Positions 18,248 through 26,137 of a DNA stretch of 34,394 nt are shown one piece after another. The position numbers and the translations under genes are program-made. Position 1 is the first letter of the stretch. Each line of letters begins with the position of its first letter. The notes under the pieces are model-generated. The model was not told the DNA's origin. It was given only the letters and a program-made list of their open reading frames with translations, and made no database searches. Source of the stretch: Minisyncoccia bacterium (GTDB taxonomy: Bacteria > Patescibacteriota > Minisyncoccia > Phycocordibacterales > Phycocordibacteraceae); contig JBFJWB010000003.1 in assembly GCA_041623915.1 (NCBI GenBank), forward strand, positions 1-34,394, given 5' to 3'.

Positions 18248-18279
18248 AAAAGACCGGTGCCAATTGGCATCGGTCTTTT
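18248..18279 (+). terminator. Terminator of the 6S-like RNA
   Basis: AAAAGACCGGTGCC-aatt-GGCATCGGTCTTTT. Confidence 0.85.
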
Positions 18280-18302
18280 ATTCTTCGTGCTACAGTTTCT
18301 GT

Positions 18303-18671
18303 ATGTCTGTACGACTTGTTTGGATAACTGCAGCTTTTTTGTTTGCATTTATATTATTCAGTACCCACTATCTATTGCTTGATGCTCATTGGTACTGGAC
18401 TTATAGATGGCTTGATATTCCAATGCATATATTTGGCGGGGTGACATTAGCCACTTTATTTGTAGGTATTTTGCCGGCTAATTCGCGAATGCAATTGCTA
18501 CTCCTACTTGTTTTCGCATTTGTTGGTTGGGAGATATTTGAATATTTTTTTGACCTAACGGTAACTAGGTCTGGTACTGAATACTGGATTGATACTGTAG
18601 CTGATTTCTGCAACGATGCATTCGGAGCTCTAATAGTTTATTTAATTGCTAGGAAAACTTTATGGCAATGA
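18303..18671 (+). CDS. Small integral membrane protein (VanZ/DUF2238-like)
   Basis: About 4 TM segments; DIPMH.FGG, WE.FEY, DT.AD...D motifs; ATG 18303 lies 6 nt after TGcTACAGT. Confidence 0.75.
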   Translation: MSVRLVWITAAFLFAFILFSTHYLLLDAHWYWTYRWLDIPMHIFGGVTLATLFVGILPANSRMQLLLLLVFAFVGWEIFEYFFDLTVTRSGTEYWIDTVADFCNDAFGALIVYLIARKTLWQ

Positions 18672-20047
18672 AATTAACGTTTCACGGTGGTGCCGGTAAA
18701 GTGACAGGTTCTAATTTTTTGATTGTTGGAGAGAAAGGCAAGATTTTGGTTGATTGCGGAATGGAGCAGGGAAAAGATTTTTGTGAAGAATGCGTATACG
18801 GACCTTTTCCTTATGATGCTTCTAGCATTGATGCGTTGGTGATCACACACGCCCATCTAGATCATGTGGGGCGTGTTCCTAAACTTGTGAGAGATGGATT
18901 TATGGGGAAGATATATATGACACCTCCCACAAAGGATCTATCGGAACTTATCATGAATGATTCCGTGCGTATTCTCGCAAAGGAAGCTCGTTATCGTGGC
19001 AGACCACCATTATATGAAGAGAATGATGTAAAGAGCACTTTAGAGCTTATTGAGACTCTTGATTATCATCAAGATGTGGAAGTAGCACAAGGATTAACCG
19101 TACGTCTTATGGACGCTGGGCACATACTTGGCTCCGCTATAGTGCGAATTACTGATACAGACGGCACCGTCCTTGCTCTTTCTGGAGACTTGGGGAACGT
19201 ACCCTCACCTCTTCTGCGTGATACGGAATACGTGGAAGATGCCGACGCTCTTGTTATGGAAAGTGTATACGGTGATAGAGCGCACCCTCCTCACGCTGAA
19301 CGTGTTCCGCATATGCGTGATGTATTAAGGAAAGCTATAGCAAAAGGTGGAGCAGTGCTTATACCAGCATTTTCAATTGAACGTACTCAACTCATGCTCT
19401 ACGAGCTCTCCAATATGTTTGAGGCAGGCGAGCTATCTAAAGTTCCAGTATATCTAGACTCTCCACTCGCTATTCATGTTACTGATATCTATGAAAAATG
19501 GGGATCAACTTATTTTAAAAAAGAGGCAGAAGACGAGATGAGGCGCGAGGGAAGTCTTTTCACTTTCCCATTCCTTAAAAAGACACTGGACCACCGTGAT
19601 TCGGAGCGTATTACATCCGTACCAAACCCAAAGATTATTATTGCAGGGGCCGGAATGAGCCACGGAGGGCGTATTGGCAGGTGGGAGGCAAGATACCTTC
19701 CTGATAAGGCTACAACGCTCATTATGGTGGGTTATCAGGCTCCTGGTAGCCCTGGCAGGCGTTTGTTAGATGGTGCCAAGAAGATAAGAATGGGTGGACA
19801 TGAAATCCGTGTACGTGCGCACGTGGAAACGCTTAATGGCTGGTCGGCCCACGCAGACCGCGATGCGCTACTGGAGTTTGCTTCCCACGCACTACCAAAA
19901 GCAAAAGTAATATTCACCGCACTCGGTGAGCCCTCCTCAGCAAGTTTCCTTGCTCAGCGTATCCATGATTTTCTTGGTGGGCGAGCAGTGATGCCTCAGA
20001 AAGGGGACACATGGGAAATAACAAAGGACATGGTACGAAAGGTTTGA
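18668..20047 (+). CDS. MBL-fold beta-CASP ribonuclease (YSH1/CPSF73-like)
   Basis: VTGS, THAHLDHVG, AGHILGS, MESVYG, PAFSIERTQ, AGAGMSHGGR, GYQAPG, SAHAD; ATGA overlap with upstream gene (alternative start 18662). Confidence 0.92.
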   Translation: MKLTFHGGAGKVTGSNFLIVGEKGKILVDCGMEQGKDFCEECVYGPFPYDASSIDALVITHAHLDHVGRVPKLVRDGFMGKIYMTPPTKDLSELIMNDSVRILAKEARYRGRPPLYEENDVKSTLELIETLDYHQDVEVAQGLTVRLMDAGHILGSAIVRITDTDGTVLALSGDLGNVPSPLLRDTEYVEDADALVMESVYGDRAHPPHAERVPHMRDVLRKAIAKGGAVLIPAFSIERTQLMLYELSNMFEAGELSKVPVYLDSPLAIHVTDIYEKWGSTYFKKEAEDEMRREGSLFTFPFLKKTLDHRDSERITSVPNPKIIIAGAGMSHGGRIGRWEARYLPDKATTLIMVGYQAPGSPGRRLLDGAKKIRMGGHEIRVRAHVETLNGWSAHADRDALLEFASHALPKAKVIFTALGEPSSASFLAQRIHDFLGGRAVMPQKGDTWEITKDMVRKV

Positions 20048-20110
20048 CATTGATGGTGATGGCGCTATGCTGGCATGTACCGTTCTTTGAACTCTCTAGG
20101 AGAGTAGTAT

Positions 20111-20383
20111 ATGAAGCCACAACTTATTGAGGCGTTAGCGGACGCTATTCATCATAATGACCACGAACAATCTACTTCAGCGATTGTGGCGATACAACAG
20201 GAATCCGATAGAGTGGCGAGCGAGATCGTCCCACCCTTCTCGTTTGAGTACATTGATTCATCAATAGATGGTCCCAACTATCGTGTTGCCGATGGAAGAG
20301 ATGACCGCTTCGCGACGTGCTACGAACGAACACACGCAGAGGCTGTCGTGAAGGCTCTCAATGTCGCATATCCTGCCGTTTAA
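20111..20383 (+). CDS. Hypothetical 90-aa accessory protein
   Basis: Own promoter TTGACA(20044)-16 nt-TATGCT, AGGAG 8 nt before ATG, terminator downstream. Confidence 0.7.
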   Translation: MKPQLIEALADAIHHNDHEQSTSAIVAIQQESDRVASEIVPPFSFEYIDSSIDGPNYRVADGRDDRFATCYERTHAEAVVKALNVAYPAV

Positions 20384-20396
20384 CCATTGAGTAATA

Positions 20397-20422
20397 AAAA
20401 ACCCCGCATGTGCGGGGTTTTT
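20397..20422. terminator. Bidirectional terminator between the 90-aa gene and rplT
   Basis: AAAAACCCCGCA-tg-TGCGGGGTTTTT; related to the 7523/7802 repeat. Confidence 0.85.
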
Positions 20423-20424
20423 AC

Positions 20425-20772
20425 TTATCCGATCTTTTTGGATATTCTCTCAAATACTTCTGGTTGTTCGCTCGCAAAATGCGAAAGCACCTTACGATCC
20501 AAGGCTATATTTGCTGTCTTAAGTTTGTTAATGAATGTGGAGTATGATTGGTGACCTGCCGCGCGTACAGCAGCATTCAAGCGAACGATCCAAAGCTGAC
20601 GAAAGTCTGTCTTGCGATCTTTTCGGTGAGCAAAAGCATACTTACCAGCACGCATAAGTGCTTCATGAGCATAACGTTCCTTGGTAGAACGGATACCACG
20701 ATAACCCTTCGCGCGATCCAGTACATTTTTTCGGCGTTTCTGCGCCATCATACCTCCTTTTACTCGTGCCAT
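20425..20772 (-). CDS. rplT: 50S ribosomal protein L20 (bL20)
   Basis: MARVKGG, AKGYRG, FRQLWIVRLNAA, LDRKVLS. Confidence 0.98.
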   Translation of the reverse strand: MARVKGGMMAQKRRKNVLDRAKGYRGIRSTKERYAHEALMRAGKYAFAHRKDRKTDFRQLWIVRLNAAVRAAGHQSYSTFINKLKTANIALDRKVLSHFASEQPEVFERISKKIG

Positions 20773-20796
20773 ATATAAAAAATTAGTTTGCTTAAA

Positions 20797-20979
20797 TTAT
20801 ACGGAAAGAAAACGATTAACAATATCTTTTGATAGGGAAAGTATCACAGAGCCACGTTTTGCTCGACGCTTGTTACCGCTTTGTTTACCATTAAAGTGAT
20901 TTTGACCTTTTGCACGTGCAACAAGCTTCCCTTTGCGGGTGACACGAATTCGTTTTGAGAATGATTTATTTGTTTTCAT
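20797..20979 (-). CDS. rpmI: 50S ribosomal protein L35 (bL35)
   Basis: MKTNKSFSKRIRVTRKGK...HFN; between infC and rplT; start at ATG 20979. Confidence 0.93.
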   Translation of the reverse strand: MKTNKSFSKRIRVTRKGKLVARAKGQNHFNGKQSGNKRRAKRGSVILSLSKDIVNRFLSV

Positions 20980-21550
20980 CTTTTTGTGTACTTTCTGCGT
21001 CAGGAGTTTTTTTATCCTGCATAGTTTGTGCTTTTTGATCGCGCTCAATGACCCCAGCAAACCCTTTTGGGTTCCTTTTGATAGGTTCCGCTATCTTATA
21101 TGCATATGGGATACGGAGCAAGAATTTCTCAAGACGATCCTTGAGAAAGGTCTCCCCCATACCCTTATAGCGACCTTTAAGGAAAAGTTCTGCTCGGACA
21201 CGATGTCCTTCAGCTAACCATTGACCAGCCTTTTTTGCTTTTAGCATCATATCGTGCTCGCCAGTACCGACCTTTATCTGTACTTCTTTAGTCTCCGAAA
21301 TTTTGGCCTTAGCTTTTGCTACTTTTTCCTTTTTCCCTCGCTCGTACTCAAATTTACCATAATCGGCTATTTTAGCAACGGGTGGCTTAGCTCCGGGTGA
21401 TATTTCAATAAGATCTAGACGAGCTTTCTTTGCTGCCTCAAGAGCCTCTGAGCGTGTTATGACTCCCATATTTTCACCTCCAGCCCCAATAACGCGCAGT
21501 TCTCCTGCACGGATTTCTTCATTTATATTAATGCGATCGTTAGTAGCCAC
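20966..21550 (-). CDS. infC: Translation initiation factor IF-3
   Basis: INEEIRA.ELRVI, LDLIEISP..KPPVAKIADYGKF; start uncertain (GTG 21550 or ATT 21562). Confidence 0.95.
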   Translation of the reverse strand: MATNDRININEEIRAGELRVIGAGGENMGVITRSEALEAAKKARLDLIEISPGAKPPVAKIADYGKFEYERGKKEKVAKAKAKISETKEVQIKVGTGEHDMMLKAKKAGQWLAEGHRVRAELFLKGRYKGMGETFLKDRLEKFLLRIPYAYKIAEPIKRNPKGFAGVIERDQKAQTMQDKKTPDAESTQKDENK

Positions 21551-21598
21551 TGGGAAAGTAATAAACAATATAACACAAATATAAATGATACCGCAATA

Positions 21599-22492
21599 TT
21601 AAGGGTGGATTTGGCTTCTTTTATGTAATTTTATTTCTGCACGCCCCTCGTATGAAGTTATTGTACCAGTTAGCGTTATTGTCTTCCCTACAAGTTTTTC
21701 TATGTCTTCAAACGCAGATGCGTCATCAGCAAATGCTACTCCAGAGAATGGGCAAGTCTTGTAATTTTTGCAAAAATCAAGGAATAAAGTGCCTTTTGAA
21801 GATTTATATGTACTCACCAGTGTTCCTGATACAGATGCGTACTCTCCAATGTGTGATTTAGCTTCATTTATTGTATAAGTACCAGAAAACACAGTGGCCG
21901 CTCCTGCGGCCACTGTGTTTTCTGAATATTCATCAAAGAGCCTGAGTAAAATAGCATTATATTCTTGACGTAGATGCTCAGCTGTACCTATCTGTATAAT
22001 TTCATCGTTTAGTGTGTTAGCGGACTTTGTCCAGTTATAACTCCCTGTAGCATAAGCTTTTTCAGTCACTAAGAGTTTTAGATGCATGATCCCATTACCG
22101 TTTATGTGTCTTTCTGTCAGTAATGGAATACCGCCATCAATCATCTTTTCAATAATAGGAGCGCTATAACTAGTCCTGCTTTGTTTCCCGTCCACTAATC
22201 CACGCACATCTACACCGCGTTTCTTTGCTTTAATTAGAGCATCAGCTACTGAATCTAGTGTAAATGTATAAATTGCGAAGTGTATATATTCATCAGCATT
22301 GTTTATAAGTGCAATAAGCTCTTTGTCAGTTTGCTTCGTATCCAAGCTGTAGATGACACGAACTGACTCTGGAGCAGGAGACTTAATAACATTGTCCCCG
22401 CCAGCGACAGTTTCTATTCCAAGTATGTACCCAAGAATTCCTGCGCTAATTGCAACAAAAAGTATTGCAATTAAACGTTTTTTAAGTGCCAT
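21599..22492 (-). CDS. Membrane-anchored phospholipase D-family (Nuc-like) nuclease with C-terminal OB-fold
   Basis: N-terminal TM; AIYTFT, RGVDVR, MHLKLLVTE...GSYNWT..A...N.E; C-terminal GKTITLTGTITSYEGRAEIKL. Confidence 0.85.
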   Translation of the reverse strand: MALKKRLIAILFVAISAGILGYILGIETVAGGDNVIKSPAPESVRVIYSLDTKQTDKELIALINNADEYIHFAIYTFTLDSVADALIKAKKRGVDVRGLVDGKQSRTSYSAPIIEKMIDGGIPLLTERHINGNGIMHLKLLVTEKAYATGSYNWTKSANTLNDEIIQIGTAEHLRQEYNAILLRLFDEYSENTVAAGAATVFSGTYTINEAKSHIGEYASVSGTLVSTYKSSKGTLFLDFCKNYKTCPFSGVAFADDASAFEDIEKLVGKTITLTGTITSYEGRAEIKLHKRSQIHP

Positions 22493-22667
22493 GGGAAACA
22501 TTATACGCGCTTGTTCATCAGCTATCCACAGTGGTTAGTGAAAGAAAACATCTCAAAGTGCGTCTGATACAAATAGAGGAAAGAGTTCTTCTGCTGTATT
22601 AAGGGTGTTAGACTAATAGGAGGGATACACCCAGTTATTCGTTTCACTTCTCATTTTCTACATCTTT

Positions 22668-22928
22668 ATGAAATCTAGCAATATTGTGGCAATCATCATT
22701 GCACTTGCAGTCCTAGCGTTAGGGTACTACTGGCTTATAGAGGGCAATATGTCTTCTAATAACTCTCCAGAACCAACAACTGAACTGCCTAGCGGGTCAG
22801 ATACTTCTGACGAGGCTCTTGAAGAAGACTACGCTGCTATAAATGCGCAGGTAGAAGCTTTTGGTTCTGATAATGCAGAGACAGATGCAAGTCTAGATGA
22901 TGAGCCAGTAGAACAGTCCTCAATCTAA
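22668..22928 (+). CDS. Hypothetical membrane-anchored acidic protein
   Basis: One N-terminal TM helix followed by D/E/S-rich tail. Confidence 0.8.
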   Translation: MKSSNIVAIIIALAVLALGYYWLIEGNMSSNNSPEPTTELPSGSDTSDEALEEDYAAINAQVEAFGSDNAETDASLDDEPVEQSSI

Positions 22929-22952
22929 TTCTCTACTACGTAATAAAACTTT

Positions 22953-23840
22953 ATGAAAAAAATTACCACATTCATTATGGCCTTTGCGCTACTTGCGCTA
23001 CCTGCTATCAGCTTTGCTCAAGGAGCAGGGAACGATTCTGGGACTAGCGTATCTGCAACAGCTGATGTGCGCGTACAAGCTGGTTTATCAAATGAGAATG
23101 ACTCAAGTGAAGCTGACCAGCGCAGTGAAGTACGGGTAAATTCTGATATCGAGGTGCGCGCAGATGTAAGCGGTGTGCAGTTTGAGCGCGCCCGTGACCG
23201 TGCGGAAGGTGAAATTGATCGCCGTATTGAACGACTTGAGGCAATTAAGATACGTGTTGAATCCATGGCTCGTCTTTCTGCCGAAAGCAAGGCCTCACTT
23301 ATGGCAAATATTGATGGACAGATTCAGACACTTACCGATCTGGGAGTAAAAGTACAATCTGATACTTCTACAACTTCGTTGCGTGCGAATATTGACTCGG
23401 TGAAGAGTTCATATCGTGTTTTCGCGCTTACTATTCCAAAGAGCACAATCATTGCGTCTGCAGATCGAGTACTTTCTGTTTCTGACCAGATGACTTCTTT
23501 CTCAGCAAAGCTTTCTGAGAGAATTGAAGCCGCTGCTTCCTCTGGTGTTGACGTTTCAGCACTTATTGAAGCGCAAGCTCGCTTAGATGCTAGTATCGCA
23601 AGTGCAAAATCATCTGCAACTACAGCATCAAACACAGTTTCGTCACTGTCTGTTAACGCTGATAGTCAAGTTGCATTTGAGGCAAATATCACAGCAATGA
23701 AGGAGGCACGAAAGACTATACAGGTTGCACAACAGCATATAGTATCTGCTCGCAAAGAAGCCTCAGCAATCATTAAGGGAGTGAAGGGTGTTAATATTTC
23801 GGTTAAAGTACAAGCTGGAGCTGATATAGAGTCCAACTAA
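22953..23840 (+). CDS. Hypothetical secreted alpha-helical/coiled-coil protein
   Basis: Sec signal MKK...ISFA-Q; Ala/Ser-rich heptad helices (EIDRRIERLEA). Confidence 0.85.
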   Translation: MKKITTFIMAFALLALPAISFAQGAGNDSGTSVSATADVRVQAGLSNENDSSEADQRSEVRVNSDIEVRADVSGVQFERARDRAEGEIDRRIERLEAIKIRVESMARLSAESKASLMANIDGQIQTLTDLGVKVQSDTSTTSLRANIDSVKSSYRVFALTIPKSTIIASADRVLSVSDQMTSFSAKLSERIEAAASSGVDVSALIEAQARLDASIASAKSSATTASNTVSSLSVNADSQVAFEANITAMKEARKTIQVAQQHIVSARKEASAIIKGVKGVNISVKVQAGADIESN

Positions 23841-23862
23841 TCATCTGATTACAGGTGATGCC

Positions 23863-23893
23863 AAAAAGCACCATGCTTGCATGGTGCTTTTTT
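23863..23893. terminator. Bidirectional terminator
   Basis: AAAAAGCACCATGC-tt-GCATGGTGCTTTTT between convergent genes. Confidence 0.85.
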
Positions 23894-23894
23894 G

Positions 23895-24074
23895 TTAATG
23901 CATTAACGGAATATTGCCTGCGTATGTTGCAAGTATTCCTGCAGAAACAAATGCCTGTCTTAAGCTTTGTAACAAAGCAACAAGAGTGTCGCTAAGTTCA
24001 AAAAAGACTCTAGGCATAAGGGTGGTTAGGATAAGTAGAAAGAGGCCGAAGCCGACTGCACGAAAAATTCCCAT
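23895..24074 (-). CDS. Small 59-aa membrane protein (below ORF-track cutoff)
   Basis: MGIFRAVGFGLFLLILTTLMPRVFFELSDTLVALLQSLRQAFVSAGILATYAGNIPLMH*; stop abuts bidirectional terminator; minus-strand TATAGT upstream. Confidence 0.7.
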   Translation of the reverse strand: MGIFRAVGFGLFLLILTTLMPRVFFELSDTLVALLQSLRQAFVSAGILATYAGNIPLMH

Positions 24075-24207
24075 AGGACAGAAAGATTACGGGTAAGCTA
24101 ATTCGAACTAACGAATCAACAAGACAACGATTGTCTCTGATGTCCTCGCTATCCTAACGTAAAGGTGCTACTGCCTACTATAACGCTCTTGGTGATAGAA
24201 TGGTTGC

Positions 24208-24678
24208 ATGGAGAAAGCAACATTTGCTGCAGGATGTTTTTGGGGTATTGAAGCCTCATATCGAGCAGTTTCAGGTGTAGTTAATGCAGTTTCTGGTTAT
24301 ACAGGAGGGCATGTAGACAATCCTTTTTATGAACAAGTATGCACTGGAAGTACGGGACATGCCGAGGCGGTAGAGGTTTCATTTGATCCAGAGAAAGTCT
24401 CGTACGAATCGCTTGTACGTAAGTTTTTCACATTACATGACCCGACTCAAATTAACCGACAAGGACCGGATGTTGGGGGGCAGTATCGATCCGTCATTTT
24501 TACACACTCCGATGAACAAAATAAGATTGCACAGATGATTAAAACTGAACTTGCGTCCACGTTCTACCCAAACACAATTGCTACATCAATTGAACCAGCG
24601 CAAGTTTTTTGGAAAGCAGAAGAATATCACCAACGATTTGCAGAGAAACATCCAGACCGAGTTGTATGTCATATATAA
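24208..24678 (+). CDS. msrA: Peptide methionine-(S)-sulfoxide reductase
   Basis: AGCFWG, SGYTGG, TGHAEAV, RQGPDVG.QYRS, AEEYHQ, C-terminal CHI. Confidence 0.97.
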   Translation: MEKATFAAGCFWGIEASYRAVSGVVNAVSGYTGGHVDNPFYEQVCTGSTGHAEAVEVSFDPEKVSYESLVRKFFTLHDPTQINRQGPDVGGQYRSVIFTHSDEQNKIAQMIKTELASTFYPNTIATSIEPAQVFWKAEEYHQRFAEKHPDRVVCHI

Positions 24679-24811
24679 ACACATAGATTAATATTCGTCT
24701 GTTCATACAAGATCGTTGGGCTAAGAAATGGAACAAGACGTTCATTTCATCGCTTTCTGTATAATATGTGGTAAATTGTTTTTCGGCATAACAGTTATAA
24801 GGAGGCCTGAT

Positions 24812-25642
24812 ATGGGCAAGATCTTTTCATGGCAAGATGTCAAGCAATCAAGAGTTCCTTCCACAGAAGACTTTTCAAGAGTGTGTGAAAGTCTGCGTGA
24901 AGACCTGTGCGCGAGCAAGGCTGTAGATACAGCATATGTTTTTGGGTCTGTATCGCGTTCTGACTACAATATGCGCAGTGATATAGATTGCGTTGTGCTG
25001 TATGATTTCGCATTACGACACGAAGCATTTGTCCTTATGCAGGATATTGTATGGAACGCAGCCATACTGAATGTGCCGATGCAGTTTGTGCCGTGTAGCG
25101 TGTCCTTGGCAAATACTCGCTTTCATCACTTTGGCGATGCGTTCCGTAGTTTTATGGAAAAAGCTCTTGATGAAGGAAGTGTTGAGTTAATCAAGGGCAA
25201 AGCTCTCTTTGGTGATTTTGTGAATGGTGCGGAAGTTTCCGTGGAAGTGGAATCTTGGCTCAGAGCAAAGCTGTATTCATTAGAGGAGTCTTGGTGTTTG
25301 TCGCGGATTGCAAGTGAAAAAGAGGGATTACATACGCTCAAAAAGGCTATGGAAGCTCCAGTGCACGCGGCCCGTAAGATCCTCGCATTGCTCGAGTACG
25401 GGAACTTCTGTGCCAAGAATGATGTGGTAGATGCATATCTGCAAAACATGCCCGAATCTCTTGGCAAAAGTCTTAAGTTTCTCGTATCAGCAGATCAAGC
25501 GTACACGGCTGAGCTACGACGTCAGGCAAGTACATTGGACGGCGTGCGGTATGCAGAAGCTATCTTTCGTCTGGAAGGCGTTGTACCTCAAGTACTCGAC
25601 TTTTTGCATGAGAACATAAAGTTCCTCAGCGAAGAAGTATAG
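24812..25642 (+). CDS. Pol-beta superfamily nucleotidyltransferase with helical C-terminal domain
   Basis: YVFGSVSRSDYNMRSDIDCVVL (GS...DxD); TAAGGAGG 6 nt before ATG 24812. Confidence 0.8.
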   Translation: MGKIFSWQDVKQSRVPSTEDFSRVCESLREDLCASKAVDTAYVFGSVSRSDYNMRSDIDCVVLYDFALRHEAFVLMQDIVWNAAILNVPMQFVPCSVSLANTRFHHFGDAFRSFMEKALDEGSVELIKGKALFGDFVNGAEVSVEVESWLRAKLYSLEESWCLSRIASEKEGLHTLKKAMEAPVHAARKILALLEYGNFCAKNDVVDAYLQNMPESLGKSLKFLVSADQAYTAELRRQASTLDGVRYAEAIFRLEGVVPQVLDFLHENIKFLSEEV

Positions 25643-25654
25643 ATAAATGAAGAC

Positions 25655-25680
25655 AAACGGCTCGCTTTGGCGAGCCGTTT
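25655..25680. terminator. Bidirectional terminator (nucleotidyltransferase / msrB)
   Basis: AAACGGCTCGC-tttg-GCGAGCCGTTT. Confidence 0.8.
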
Positions 25681-26074
25681 ATTTTTCCTCAAAGTTAAGA
25701 CACACAGAATTAATACAGTATCGTTTGCTTCCGGTATCTACGGGGCCATCATCAAAAACATGTCCCAAGTGTCCATTGCAGTTTTTACAATATACTTCTG
25801 TACGACGCATACCATGAGAGTTGTCTAGGCGAACTCCAACATTTCCAGCTACCTTAGGGCTAGTGAAAGACGGCCATCCAGACCCCGAATCAAATTTTGT
25901 GTCTGATGAAAAAAGCTCTGTACCACAAGCCTTGCAATGGTATACGCCAGATTCGTGATTATCTACGTACTTACCCGAGAACGCTTGCTCTGTTCCGCCT
26001 TCGCGAATTACTCGGTATTCTTCGTCAGAGAGGCGCTCTCGCCACTCCTCCTCACTTTTTGGCGTGGAGTTCAT
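25679..26074 (-). CDS. msrB: Peptide methionine-(R)-sulfoxide reductase
   Basis: CKAC, KFDSGSGWPSF, RTEVYCKNC.GHLGHVF.DGP, RYCINS. Confidence 0.98.
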   Translation of the reverse strand: MNSTPKSEEEWRERLSDEEYRVIREGGTEQAFSGKYVDNHESGVYHCKACGTELFSSDTKFDSGSGWPSFTSPKVAGNVGVRLDNSHGMRRTEVYCKNCNGHLGHVFDDGPVDTGSKRYCINSVCLNFEEK

Positions 26075-26137
26075 ATAATGTAAAGCATACCATACATCTT
26101 GCTGTCTACTTGTTTTGAGAGTACGATAGAATTCTAT

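Noticed and set aside
18018-18382. Short ORFs between ndk and the membrane protein; also considered tRNA, SRP or tmRNA
   Set aside because: The ORFs cross a terminator; no T-loop/CCA cloverleaf, SRP helix-8 motif or tag ORF is present; the fold fits 6S.
18060-22530. DnaA-box-like 9-mers TTTTCCACA (18060) and CTATCCACA (22522)
   Set aside because: Isolated one-mismatch copies with no cluster or dnaA context; not an origin.
23914-24096. Plus-strand 60-aa ORF
   Set aside because: Antisense of the more plausible 59-aa hydrophobic minus-strand gene.
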